A DNA stretch of 64,000 nucleotides from Trypanosoma brucei (Eukaryota). Of this stretch, positions 1 through 11,011 are shown one piece after another. The DNA is taken from assembly GCA_000002445.1 (NCBI GenBank), contig CP000067.1:192001-256000 (forward strand), in the 5' to 3' direction. How positions within the stretch are numbered: the first letter of the stretch is position 1; each line of letters begins with the position of its first letter. Made by a program: the position numbers and the translations under genes. Below the pieces are notes generated by a model. It ran no database searches. It saw only the letters and a list, made by a program, of their open reading frames with translations, and was not told the origin of the DNA.

Positions 1-1549
1 CTTTCGATATGAGCTCCTTTATTTGAAGTGTATTTTCCTGTCTTGCATGCAATTCTAGCGCTCGCAGGTACCGCCTCACCTCCTCCAGTGTACCCATGTT
101 GCGTGATGCCCCAATACCATCCAGAACATTTTGCAACAACACCTGAAGTGTGTTCAACTGTTCGTTAGTGTGCTGGCAGTGCTCGTACATAATCCTGTTC
201 TCTTCGTGACCCACTCGCCACAACTCTTCAAGTGCATTAAGGTCAAACTCCACACTGCTCAGCGCTCTATCCACCATATGTAATACCTCTAGTTTACGAG
301 TCTTTCTGCGCTCTGCACGGGCTTGATAAATGACGTTGATGGGTGCGCGGTGCACCAGAACCCTAGGTCGCATCTGTAGTGCCTTATTGCCCGCTATTGC
401 GGCGTCTTCAACCTCATCCTCTATCAGCTGTGGCAGAAAACTCGTATCGTTCCCATGTACGGGGTGCAACCCCAGGTGCTGATGAATCAAGTTACCAACA
501 GGACGCATAAAACACTTCCCAGGATAGCGGGACAACAAGCAACCCAGTAGGCAAGCTGCTGTGAATAAGAAATTTTCATCCGTTTCATCAAACTCTCCAA
601 CCAAGTTGACAGATGTACCCTGCTTGTTCATCGCATGGATCATACCATGTGTTTGCTTACCACGCTCGTTCGATATCACGGGAAATATTAAACAACTATT
701 CATCGCTTTCCAACCGCTTTGCTCAATCTCCTCATCAGCCTCCTTGCGATCCCGCTCGATCATGGTGATTTCCTGTCGTTTCCGCCCATTAACCGCGATG
801 CAGCTCTGACAGACAGTACGGTGGACCTCCTTCGCAAGAATTAACTCCAAGTTCGTTCCCGCTAGCGGATCCCCCTTCGTCGCAGAAAAAGGGAAACGAG
901 CACAGCAATTGAGGTTGCCATACTCATCGTAGAGGTAAATGCGAACAACTTCACATCGCAGCGAGACAGCAATTGACTCGGCAAATAATCCAGTAGTGGC
1001 TGACATCGCTTCCGTCACCGAAAGAACTCTTACCTCGGAAGTACCCTTCATCCCAGTTCCTCGTTTACCATTTTTGCCCTTTGCCATTGGCGGGCACTCC
1101 ACATTAGCCGGTGCCTGATGTGGAGGTGATTTATCCGGTTTCTGAGGCGATACGCCCAACGACGATGCTGACTTCTGCTGGCGGTACTGCACTTCATTTG
1201 CTTCCTCCATCTTGTGGAACGCAGACCTATAACCAGCCTCTACGTGCCTGTAAGCTTCACGTAGTTGCTGATTCATCATGGTATGAACATCTTTCAGTAA
1301 CTGCCCTACATGCGGCACCGCGTATTCCTCGCAGCGAACGGCTATTTCATTTAGTGTGAAACTTATTTCATCCGATACAAGGTCTAGTGTTGTGGGTAAT
1401 TTGTGTATCTTCTTTGACATAGCCGAGTGCTCGATTTCTAGTGTCTTCTTTAGCTCCATAACTTGCTTCACGCGCAGCTCCGCGTGCTTCATCTGCAACC
1501 GCTGCAAGAGAGGATCTTGCGCATCAGGAAGCACTTCCACAAAATCCAT
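1..1549 (-). CDS. GAF-domain-containing protein, start at ATG 1547-1549; the 3' end (C-terminus) runs off the window at position 1
   Basis: Reverse-complement translation from the ATG at 1547-1549 stays open to position 1 (>515 aa): MDFVEVLPDAQDPLLQRLQMKH... The internal segment VRIYLYDEYGNLNCCARFP...GTNLELILAKEVHRTVCQSCIAVNG...NSCLIFPVISNERGKQTHGMIHAMNKQGTSVNLVGEFDETDENFLFTAACLLGCLLS has the spacing and conserved positions of a GAF small-molecule-binding domain. It is absent from the supplied ORF track because it has no in-window stop. Confidence 0.5.
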   Translation of the reverse strand, partial: MDFVEVLPDAQDPLLQRLQMKHAELRVKQVMELKKTLEIEHSAMSKKIHKLPTTLDLVSDEISFTLNEIAVRCEEYAVPHVGQLLKDVHTMMNQQLREAYRHVEAGYRSAFHKMEEANEVQYRQQKSASSLGVSPQKPDKSPPHQAPANVECPPMAKGKNGKRGTGMKGTSEVRVLSVTEAMSATTGLFAESIAVSLRCEVVRIYLYDEYGNLNCCARFPFSATKGDPLAGTNLELILAKEVHRTVCQSCIAVNGRKRQEITMIERDRKEADEEIEQSGWKAMNSCLIFPVISNERGKQTHGMIHAMNKQGTSVNLVGEFDETDENFLFTAACLLGCLLSRYPGKCFMRPVGNLIHQHLGLHPVHGNDTSFLPQLIEDEVEDAAIAGNKALQMRPRVLVHRAPINVIYQARAERRKTRKLEVLHMVDRALSSVEFDLNALEELWRVGHEENRIMYEHCQHTNEQLNTLQVLLQNVLDGIGASRNMGTLEEVRRYLRALELHARQENTLQIKELISK

Positions 1550-1833
1550 CGCTCCCCAAGAAACTAACTAAAGTGGTTCCACAACGGAATATATATTGTG
1601 TATAATGTTCGTGAACTTTGTTTCCCTCCCCCCCCCTCCGGTAGTCTTTGCTGACCTTCGCGGAATAAAAGTGACTGAAGAAAGAAGCGCGTGAATAACA
1701 TTAACAACAGCCTATTTCGGATGTCCATTCGGTATCACAGAGAGGAAAGGGAAAGATTAAATGTATGAACAGGAATGCAAGAAGCTTTCGAAAACACAGC
1801 AAATGACTCAATAGTCGATGTTTCAACTCTCAG

Positions 1834-2973
1834 CTACTTTAAATCGGAAACCAATGGCGTTAAGCGTGAAAAAACAACAGAGTGCCGTACGTTGTGTTGT
1901 TCTAGGCACCGCAACACACATCTTGCATCACGTAACGAAAACCGTCCGAGCAACGCCTCCGTACGGCTTAGAAGTGCAGGTAGTAACCGGCGCAGCTCGC
2001 GCGCACACGCTAACGCAATGCTATTATTCGCACGGGATACATTTAGCAACGCCACGTACTTACACACACTTCCCAGTTCAGTGGGTTTGAGCTCTACGCA
2101 TAAAACCGTGCATCGGTCGAGAACAGCGCCCGCGTACGCCTCATGGCAGCAGTTTAATAGCGATATAGCCTCCAATGCGTAAATGACATCTCTCACTGTG
2201 TATGAATTCACTGTCACCGTTGCCCGGCGTGAGATGCAACGAACAACATCTACACTACTTCGCTCACGTAGTCGCACCATGGATGAAAGCACAGTGAGTG
2301 ATTGGCGTGAGTCGAGGGTGGCACCAAGCAGACGGAACAACATATTGTCAAGTGACGGGATGGGCATACGACAGCGCTTTACAAGAAGGGAGATGAGACG
2401 TAAAACACAAACAAGTTCTTCCAAGGAGGCCCTTAGCGTGTACTGCTTTCCTGTTACCCATCCGCAGAGTTGACGTAATGTTTGTGTGTCCCCCAACTCT
2501 AGGTCTACCGCTACAGTAAGCAGAACCATGCATTCCTCAGGGCCTGTTACAAAAGAGGCACTACGCTGAAGCAAAGCGCAGAGCCAATCGTTCACACCAG
2601 GAGAGAAAAAAGGTGAAACACCCGACCATTCGTCATCTTGCTTGAAACCTGCCGTCCCTTGTTGTACTTTCCTTCCAAGATACCGCGCAGATTTAGCCAA
2701 AGATGTTAACATAAGAAAACAGTCCCCTCGTCCACACTCACCCAACCAATTGGTGTACTCCCCCTCAATTTTCCGAACCACGCCGCGGATACGTTTACGC
2801 TTGATAGATTCCGGATTGTCCCCCTCAACAACCTTGCAAAGAAGCCTCGCGTGATCAACAGCACCGTGCGGTACCTCAACGTTGCCAGATGCTGAACAAA
2901 CCCTCAGCCCCATCCGCGACACCGTAAACCGATGAAAGACCGTAAAGTGGGTTGCAATTGGAATGCGCCGCAT
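1834..2973 (-). CDS. Conserved hypothetical protein, 379 aa, Leu/Arg-rich and probably helical-repeat
   Basis: ATG checked at 2971-2973. Long uninterrupted ORF on the polycistron strand with no low-complexity translation artefacts. No family I can name from the sequence. Confidence 0.45.
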   Translation of the reverse strand: MRRIPIATHFTVFHRFTVSRMGLRVCSASGNVEVPHGAVDHARLLCKVVEGDNPESIKRKRIRGVVRKIEGEYTNWLGECGRGDCFLMLTSLAKSARYLGRKVQQGTAGFKQDDEWSGVSPFFSPGVNDWLCALLQRSASFVTGPEECMVLLTVAVDLELGDTQTLRQLCGWVTGKQYTLRASLEELVCVLRLISLLVKRCRMPIPSLDNMLFRLLGATLDSRQSLTVLSSMVRLRERSSVDVVRCISRRATVTVNSYTVRDVIYALEAISLLNCCHEAYAGAVLDRCTVLCVELKPTELGSVCKYVALLNVSRANNSIALACARELRRLLPALLSRTEALLGRFSLRDARCVLRCLEQHNVRHSVVFSRLTPLVSDLK

Positions 2974-3567
2974 CTTTCATTGCTAAACTATAACCAAACA
3001 CATCACAAAGAAAAAGAAAAAAAAAAGAAACGACAACAATAACAATAACAAGAGGTAATATATATATATATAATAGGGGTAGGAATCGGAGACTTAGAAA
3101 TTTAAAAATAGTGCAGAATAAATTCAAGAGCGGAGACAAGAATCAAAAAGTACAGAGTTGCCATTCACGTAGCTTACAAGGACGCACCTCAGGGAAATAT
3201 TAACGACGCGTAAAGAACTCGAGAGGCGTTTGTGCCGGGGAGAAGCGCTTCACCAAACAAAATATCTGCATGGTGGTTTCCCAAACCAGTCGGTAGAGAA
3301 GGCATAGACCAACATAAAGGTTTGCCGACGAATTTGAACGGGGCAAATAATATTTTTTTAAAAAAAAAGGGAAACTAGGCACTCGAAACAACCATACCGT
3401 CTACAAAATTTAGCCTCAACGTACCTCCATGCACACACACACACAAAAGAAAAAGAAAAAAAAGGGATAAATAGTGTGGCGAGAGCAGTTCCTTGCAAGG
3501 AGCACAACCATCCCCATACAGCCCATCAACGTTACTTCACCGGCATATTACAAAATAAGGCAGTTCT

Positions 3568-4566
3568 TCACGCACAGGTACGCTTCCTACCGACATGCAG
3601 CCCAGCACTCTCCGGAACCCCTAAGCTCTCAAGAACATCATAAGGCATTGCATAAACTGGATTGATATCCCTAAGCGGATAGTCCTCGTATCCCAAGAGG
3701 CTGAGGCCACAAAGTCCGTAAAATGTATGATACACGTCCGCTTGGTTACCGGGTTTATCAGCAATACCGCCATCTTCCGAGTCCTGGCAAGCAAGTACAA
3801 AGCGGAAAAGTGCATGACGGTCGATCCACTCAGTATAACCTAACATCGATAGGGATGACACAACCCACCAACTGTAGCACACGTCAGCCTTTTTCTCCGG
3901 GCGACCGTTTAACCCACCCGACGGCAACTGACGCATTGCCAACCAACCCGCAAGTTGCTCCTTATCTATGCGATCCAGAGCTCCAGCAATACGAAGAGAT
4001 CCAACGCAGCAAAATATTTGACCGGCGTGGCTTTCAGCACCTGGTGCGAGACCGAACCCACCATCCCAATTCTGGCACCGCAACATCCATTCCACCGCAG
4101 CCTTCACGTTTATGAGTTCCAGTTTCCCCAAGAGCTGCAAGCAATTCATTGCCACGTAGACAAATCGTGTATCAACTTCTCCCCACTCGTCTCCCTGAAA
4201 GGAGCCATCAGGTAGCTGCATAGAAGCAACCCAGCGAGCACACTTCTCTGCATCAATGGCGTCTGTAGCATGCAACAAGCACAGGAGTTGCACCGCACTT
4301 AAGGTGTACAACATGTGGGAATCCTGCCCAATGTTCCCACCGAACCCACCGTCACTGTTCCAGCATTTGACAACAAAATCAACCAACTCCTCCCGCTTCA
4401 AAATGTCGTCATGGCCCAACAACTTCATGGCACCTAAACACCAAAAGACACCGTTCATTTTTAGATGTTGCGATGTCCAGTACTTCATTTTATCTTTGTG
4501 GTCATCTAATTTGGTTAGGAAGCGGAGGTGTAAGTCCGCCAAAAGTGTGTTTGGCGCTCCAAACAT
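3568..4566 (-). CDS. Rab geranylgeranyltransferase (GGTase-II) beta subunit
   Basis: The track ORF starts at TTG; the first ATG is 4564-4566 (MFGAPNTLLADL...). Near-collinear match to the prenyltransferase beta-subunit repeats: GGFGGNIGQDSHMLYTLSAVQLL, DGSFQGDEWGEVDTRF, DGGFGLAPGAESHAGQIFCCVGSL, LPSGGLNGRPEKKADVCYSWWVVSSL, DGGIADKPGNQADVYHTFYGLCGLSLLG. Confidence 0.85.
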   Translation of the reverse strand: MFGAPNTLLADLHLRFLTKLDDHKDKMKYWTSQHLKMNGVFWCLGAMKLLGHDDILKREELVDFVVKCWNSDGGFGGNIGQDSHMLYTLSAVQLLCLLHATDAIDAEKCARWVASMQLPDGSFQGDEWGEVDTRFVYVAMNCLQLLGKLELINVKAAVEWMLRCQNWDGGFGLAPGAESHAGQIFCCVGSLRIAGALDRIDKEQLAGWLAMRQLPSGGLNGRPEKKADVCYSWWVVSSLSMLGYTEWIDRHALFRFVLACQDSEDGGIADKPGNQADVYHTFYGLCGLSLLGYEDYPLRDINPVYAMPYDVLESLGVPESAGLHVGRKRTCA

Positions 4567-4847
4567 ACGAACTGACAAAAATCTCAAAAAGAAAGAAAAA
4601 GAAAAATTGAGGGCAGCGATGGTTGCAAGTAAGTTGTGCAGGGGAAGGCAGAGTCAACCAGTGAGAAGATTTCGCATGGTTTCAAGTACTGTAGCTCAAA
4701 GGAATCGCCGTGAGTGACTTGTTCAAGTAGACGAGCGAGGCCGAAAACGGAAAGAACGTCAACATGGCAGCAGAACCCAGAGGAAAATGCGCATTTTCCT
4801 CCTTTCTCTTTCCTCCTACGTGCCACCTCGGACCACCTCATTTACAC

Positions 4848-5600
4848 CTACGTAAACGGGCTAACGGCACGCTTAGCGACTGACCTTACAGCATGAGCCA
4901 TGTTGTAGTGTAACCTCTCATCATGTAGCGACGTGGCTGCGGAGTCACTAAGAAACTCAACAAGTGCCTTCTTCACTTCGGGATCCCGCAGGAGTCCCTT
5001 TACAAGATCCTTCGCAATCAAGCGCACCTGCTCCTGTATCCATGGGTCAAGCAGCGTCATAAGTACGAATTTTTTAGTGACCTCCTGCGTGTAGTGATCC
5101 TCAAATAAAGACCGGAGGAACGAAGAAACGGCAATCATGCTATCGTCCTCCTGCAGAACCCGCACCACTAACCCAACAACAAGTTCCACCGACTTTTGAT
5201 CCTTCAAGACACTCTCTACAACCTCTTTTGACAAATTCGTCGCCCGCTCGCGCAAACGCGCATCCCCCAAAGCCTCTGAAGCCACCGCGGCTGTATGGTG
5301 AACGGTATCATCTTTCATGGAAACATAAAGAAAGAAACCAACGGCGCCAATACCCGTCACTGCGCCAATACTCGCGACAAGGCCCTGCTGCCATGATGAG
5401 AAAAGACATCTCCAGAAACCCTCCGGTGCCGCATTAACCGCAACCGTTTGGTGAACACCTGATGAGGCACCGGCGCCACCACCAGCCGAATTCGCTTCCG
5501 CACCCGCAAACCGAAAACATTCGCGTCTCGGGGGAAACCACCGGTACGCGGCAGACGCACCCGTGAAGATGCTCCAAACATAAGTTTGCCGCCTCATCAT
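4848..5600 (-). CDS. Hypothetical membrane protein (about 251 aa) with one predicted TM helix (LVASIGAVTGIGAVGFFLYV)
   Basis: The track ORF extends upstream through a (CAA)n/(TAA)n microsatellite, giving a spurious poly-Leu N-terminus. The first ATG pair is at 5595-5600 (MMRRQTYVW...), directly preceded on the minus strand by a pyrimidine-rich tract plus AG. Confidence 0.45.
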   Translation of the reverse strand: MMRRQTYVWSIFTGASAAYRWFPPRRECFRFAGAEANSAGGGAGASSGVHQTVAVNAAPEGFWRCLFSSWQQGLVASIGAVTGIGAVGFFLYVSMKDDTVHHTAAVASEALGDARLRERATNLSKEVVESVLKDQKSVELVVGLVVRVLQEDDSMIAVSSFLRSLFEDHYTQEVTKKFVLMTLLDPWIQEQVRLIAKDLVKGLLRDPEVKKALVEFLSDSAATSLHDERLHYNMAHAVRSVAKRAVSPFT

Positions 5601-5650
5601 GTCTGCGACGTCACACACGCACACGCACAAATTAAAAAAAAAATGACAAC

Positions 5651-5690
5651 ACAACAACAACAACAACAACAATAATAATAATAACAGCAA
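5651..5690. repeat. (CAA)7(TAA)4 microsatellite just upstream of the 4848-5600 CDS
   Basis: caacaacaacaacaacaacaataataataataa. It is the source of the artefactual poly-Leu N-terminus in the ORF track. Confidence 0.85.
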
Positions 5691-5773
5691 AAAAGAGCAA
5701 TTAGGGTAATTAATGTCACTGTAAGTTTTTTTTTAAAAAAAAAGAAAGAAACAAAGAAAAGAGAGAAAAGAGG

Positions 5774-5815
5774 TTTAGAATTAGGATTAGGATTAAGCTT
5801 AGGCTTAGGCTTAGA
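5774..5815. repeat. Degenerate telomere-like hexamer array (TTAGAA TTAGGA TTAGGA TTAAGC TTAGGC TTAGGC TTAGAA)
   Basis: Seven tandem TTAGGN-type hexamers read directly from the sequence; an interstitial telomere-like tract. Confidence 0.6.
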
Positions 5816-8518
5816 AAGTATGAGAAAACGACAACATCAAGGGGTTAGCGAGCCGCCATCTCTACAAGATTAGGGAGAAAAAGAAAGATGACACCTTCCC
5901 TTATCAATACTTACTGATTTCAAGATAGGGAAAGAGAAGAAAAGGTGCATGAATATATATAAATATAAATATATATATATATACGCAAATATATTAAGCA
6001 TAATACACAGGGTACAAAAAAACCTGCTAACCACCATACGAAGTGTGCGAAATAAGCATACGACCACGTGGAGACGAGAAAGGGAGAAAGGAGGATCACC
6101 ATTCAGGGAAACAAAAAAAAACAAAAAAATTAGAATAATAGAAATAATGAAGTATTGGCTTCCCTATAAAGCAAGTTTATTCGTTTTGCTTTGTTTGTTT
6201 GTTTATTTTCGGTCAGTTGTCGTTCAAAAATAGTGATAGCAGTATTAATATCAGCAAAAAAAAATGACTAAAACAAGTTCGGATAGTAAAGGTTCACGTT
6301 GGTCTTTTTTGTCTATGTGAGTTGTAAAACACAAACCGTGCGAATTTAGTAACTAATTCCTTCTCCTCCTTTACTAGACATAAACACAATTGGGTACATA
6401 AACCCGTTTTCACTAAACTCATTATTTTTTAATTCCTCCTTTAGGTCACATACTGTTATTCATTTATTTACACATTCATCAAAACTCTGTCTTTCTCTCT
6501 TTTTTTTCTTTTTCCTTACTCACCAATATCACTACCGTTTCTCTCATCAACATCTTTAGATGCGATCTCTCCAACTGATTCCTTATCGGTCCTTTTCCCT
6601 TCCCCCTCTCTCCTTTTTTTTTTTCTTCCTATTCAATTTTTCTTTCTTTACTTTTTTTCTAAAAAAAAAAAAGTAAAGAACACGTCCATTTTGGTTTACA
6701 TTTCGATTTTTAAAGTGATTAAAAAAAAAACACACAAAAAAAAAGGAGGAAGGGAAATGTGACTATTCTACCTCTGCGTGCAAACATGAGCCAAATATCA
6801 AAATATATTTATTGAGTATAGGCACGACAAAAGCGAAAAAGATGGCTTCAGGGGTTTCCACTAGTTAATTATTTTTTTCTTAAAAATAAAAAAAAGGAAG
6901 GCATCAACAATATAATGAAGGAACCATTGAAATTAACAAAATGAGGGATGATAATTCAGTGATTCTTCTGTTTAAAAAAAAAACACATGAGCCCGTTTGT
7001 ATTTGTTTAAGTGTGAAGATAAACAATCCACATGTATGCATTCTTTAGCGTATGTAAGTGCGGAACGTTTAAACGAGATCATGACATATGGGAACCAAAT
7101 ACAGAACATTTAAAAAAAACAATTAAATGAGGAAAAAAAAAAGAAAAAAGAAAAAAAAATACAACACAAATACAAATACAATGAGCCCGGGGAGTGTCAG
7201 CTCCCAAAAGTATGAAGTCAGGCTGATTTGCCACTATGCCTTTGGAAGCACGTACACATTTTTGGAAATAACACAAAGTGAAAAAAAAAGTGTGTGAGAA
7301 AACGAAAAGGTGGAAAAAAAATTTAGTTATAATAATGACGAGGTACCAAAACAGAGAGTTGGTTTGAATTATGTTTCTGTAATTATTTATTCATCAGTTA
7401 ATATTATTAATATTAATAAAGTAAGGCGCAGAGTTAGCCCCTTCTTTCCCTCAAAAAAGGGGAAAAGCATATATATATATATATCATGCACTCACGAAGA
7501 AATTCAAAACAAAAAAACGCAAATAGTTGGACGCAAACACACATACAGAAAAAGTGACAGTTCCTCTTCTCCTCATTCTTCGGCGTTATCATCGTTAACG
7601 TTATTATTCTCTTCAGTACCCTCCATTTATGAATGTGAAAATGAACATGTCATATAAATGTAAATGCAGGTGTTATTCCTTTTTTGTTTTTTTTGTTTTT
7701 TTTCTTTTTCGTTTTCTTTTTTTATTTTTCTTACTTTTCTTTTCCCTTTACTTTTTGTTGTTGTTGCTGAACCATCAAACAGCATATATGAGTGGAGTCT
7801 CAGTGAATTACTACGACACAGTGATCTCAATAACTTCAGTAAAGTCTGTGGAAGTAAACAAACTCAAAAAGAGGGGTAAAAACAAAAGAAAAAAATTTTT
7901 TTTGACTCTCAAACTGATTAAATGAATATTATTATTATTATTTTTGTAAGGAAAGGCAATGAATTTTTTCCTTTTTTTTCTTTTCAAATGCAAATCCAAG
8001 CCAGTCAACCACTTTAATCAGTAACTCTTAATTAATATTTATCGCCAAGTAGTGGAGAAAAGAAAATGAAAGAAAATATAACTAAAAAAAAGTAGTAGTA
8101 GTAGTAATAGGAGGAGGACATGTACACATGTGTAGGTGGATCCATCACACAAGCCATTCGCAACTTCTTGGAGGTACAAAAAAACAAAAAGAAAAAGAAA
8201 AAAAAGATCTGGCATTTAATAGTTGGGTTTCATCATCGTCTCTTCTTATGCCTCATCCATCATTCATTTCCCCCTTGGCTTCCCCCACGTATGTAAGTAT
8301 ATGTATGTGTAAGTATCCATTTTTACGAACATAGATATAATATGCCCTCTTGCTCTCTTGTTGTTTTTACTGATTTTTCTTTTCTTTTCTCCCCTCTTTC
8401 CTTGTGTTCACTTTTTGGGTCATATTTCTTCGATTTCTGATCTTTATCTTTTCTTAAGCAAAACAAAAAAAGAGATAAAGGCGTCATAGGCAACTTCACC
8501 AGGGAGATTTCAATTTAA

Positions 8519-8521
<3 letters not shown>

Positions 8522-8561
<40 letters not shown>

Positions 8562-8562
8562 G
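8522..8562. repeat. (AAT)13 microsatellite
   Basis: taataataat... uninterrupted for about 40 nt. Confidence 0.9.
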
Positions 8563-8856
8563 ACCCCGCTTTTGCTTGTCACCTCCCTGTAATCGCCAAA
8601 CCCTCCATCCCGCCACGCTCGACACGCGGCAGCTCACCCACTTCCCTCAAACGAAACCAAATGATATCCGCTTCAAAAATGCTTCCGAAGCAAAGGTATT
8701 TCCATTCCATCAAACATCAAACAACCCCACGACTATAAACAAGTCGCATGAGCAACTGAAAAGAAAAAGTTATTACGGAGCATTGTCATTACCGCCGTGT
8801 CATCGTGGAAAAGAGGCTTCGCCACATTACTGATGTTACGAAGGGCTGCACAGTCA

Positions 8857-9681
8857 TCATCCAAAGGGAGGAAACCCCCCGCTTCCTCCACAAGAAAACA
8901 ATCGTTCCACACATTCCTTTGCTACACTTCTCATGTTCAAAATGCTGTTAGAGGAGAGGGAGGGGGAAGACGTCCCGCCCCGTCCCGTTGGGACTTCAGT
9001 TGTGTTTATGTAATGCGTTATTGCATATGGCATGTCATTTGCGCGTAATAATTCTGCTTCCTCCTCCGTTCCCGCTTCTCTCGTGGATTCAATCCGTGTT
9101 AGGAATAACCACGTCTCTGCACGTCTAATATATTCAGGGGGGACGGGAGCCATGAGGATAACACGTGGAGCCGCCCTCTGTGACGCTCGAATGGCTTCAA
9201 AAAGACTCTGCGCAGACCTCAACAAACTCAAACGTCCCGTGGGGGTTTCTGAACCCTTAACATCGACAACTGCATCGCAGTCGAGGACCGCATGAGACAA
9301 TTCATCAGAATGAAAGAGCAATAGATGTCCCGGATATTCTTCGCATTCTTTTCTTAGGCGGAGCAGTAGCGCTTCGTCGCTGTAGCTGCTCTGAAGCACT
9401 CGAACGTCGCACCCTTTTGCCAGAATCGATGTGATGAGCTGCATCGACATGTCTTTTACATTTCCAAGAAGAAGAACCCGACGTGGGGGACTGGGTAAGA
9501 GCCGCCTCCCATTTTCCCTCTCATGATCTCTGTTAGTGGTGGATACATTATTGAGGTTAAGAGCGCTGGGAAGCACTTCCGAAAAGAGTGGTCGCTGTAG
9601 CGGGGTGACCGGGACGCGGTTAAAATCAAACAACTCAGTTCCCTCACCGAGTGCGCGAGGGTACTCGTAGAATATAGTCAT
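8857..9681 (-). CDS. Hypothetical protein (about 275 aa)
   Basis: The track start at 9690 is TTG; the first ATG is 9679-9681 (MTIFYEYPRALGEG...). Clean ORF on the polycistron strand; no recognisable domain. Confidence 0.4.
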   Translation of the reverse strand: MTIFYEYPRALGEGTELFDFNRVPVTPLQRPLFSEVLPSALNLNNVSTTNRDHERENGRRLLPSPPRRVLLLGNVKDMSMQLITSILAKGCDVRVLQSSYSDEALLLRLRKECEEYPGHLLLFHSDELSHAVLDCDAVVDVKGSETPTGRLSLLRSAQSLFEAIRASQRAAPRVILMAPVPPEYIRRAETWLFLTRIESTREAGTEEEAELLRANDMPYAITHYINTTEVPTGRGGTSSPSLSSNSILNMRSVAKECVERLFSCGGSGGFPPFG

Positions 9682-11011
9682 TGTTCGCAATCGTTACAGC
9701 AGTAAAGAAAACAATGAACCACAAAGTCCGTTCAGCTTTCCAGAGACAAAGCGTCCCGTTAATGGGGAAAAAATGGAGCAAAAAAATTTAACTGCAGCAA
9801 TATTACACCGAATTCCTCTTCAGATACCCAGCGAAACCAAAGTAAAAGAGGTATAGATTTTGTGACGTACGTCTTTGATAGATAAAAAGCGAAAAAAAAA
9901 GGAGTAAAGAGAAAGTGGCCGCCTATGAGTTTTGTTCCAGTACCCCTATGTTATATCTAATACGATTTCTCTCCTGATTTTATCTTCTGCTGATCTTCTT
10001 GTCGCCTTTCTTCTTTTTTTTTTTTTGCGTCGGTCCTTCTTTACACCTTAATTCCACGAACAGATAGCTGAGTTCAACGTGGTTCCTTGGGATGAAAAGA
10101 AAAAGCTCCCCTTTTTGTTGTTTTTTTTGGGGGGGGTTTCTAATGCTATCTCAACTTTTGTCCTTGTTGTTTTGAGATATGAAGTGCTCCAGTAATTATC
10201 GTCTGCTCACGCTCCAAGCACTGTAATCCAACTCAATATGTACACTTCAATGCATTCAAGTAACGAAACAGATGTAAAGAACGAAACAAAAATAATGGTT
10301 TGAAGAAAAAGAAATAGAAAGAGAAGGGGGAAAAAAAAGAGAAATTAATTGGAGAATAAGCAGAGTTTCGTGGTGTCGCAACAACGATACCGCGCAGGCC
10401 AGAGAGTGTGTGCACAACGAAAAGCCCTTTACAAACATCGGCACATGACTGAGTGTCGGACAAAACAGACTCATTCCCCTCCTTATTTTCATATATATTC
10501 TGTTCCTTTAACTTTAGCTACCCCTCCACTCCTTTATCGGAACCTCTGCTATAACCTCACGATACATCACCCTAAGTACGTTCACAAACCGTTTGAAGTT
10601 TCCGAAGTAAGGCGTGTGTATCGTGGAGCAAACTTTCGAATAAGGCAAAAGGACGAGGAAATAATGAATGAGTGAATGATGAAAAACGGAAAGGGTAACG
10701 CCCTCGGATTCTACTGCCGCTGTGACCTCCACTTTCTACCTATAGCTAAAGTGTCAGCATCCGCTCCCCGTCTCTATGCGCGATGATTCCATGCGATTCG
10801 TATCCCTTCCACCCACAACTCCTCCTCCTCCTTCTCCCTCTCACTTCCCGACATCATCATCAACAACAACAAAACGAGATCTCATGGTGTCATCACCCGC
10901 TACTACCTAATCAAATAGCTCCGCATCGCATCACTGTTTGTCATAAACCTACGCTACAAATTGTCCCCAAGCTCAGACACACCACACATTGGAGTGAGCT
11001 CACTCATAACC

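Larger units (their letters stand above)
5691..8856. other. 3.2 kb ORF-free, A/T-rich, low-complexity spacer (long 3'UTR/intergenic region)
   Basis: No ORF longer than about 100 codons with normal composition. Dense poly(A)/poly(T), (TA)n at about 5953-5984, (AAT)13 at 8522-8562, (GTA)n at about 8092-8108, and the telomere-like hexamers at 5774-5815. Confidence 0.6.

Noticed and set aside
5870-8008. Cluster of small ORFs on both strands (e.g. 5870-6124, 5949-6233, 7310-7657, 7629-7925, 7811-8008)
   Set aside because: Translations are dominated by F/L/K/I/Y runs generated by poly(T)/poly(A) and (TA)n DNA. No ATG-initiated ORF with normal composition.
10660-10780. tgaatgatga (box-C-like UGAUGA) near 10668-10690 as a possible C/D snoRNA
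   Set aside because: It is on the plus strand, opposite to the transcription direction of the unit. No convincing D box (CUGA) plus terminal stem at an appropriate distance could be seen by eye. Left as untestable without a snoRNA search tool.
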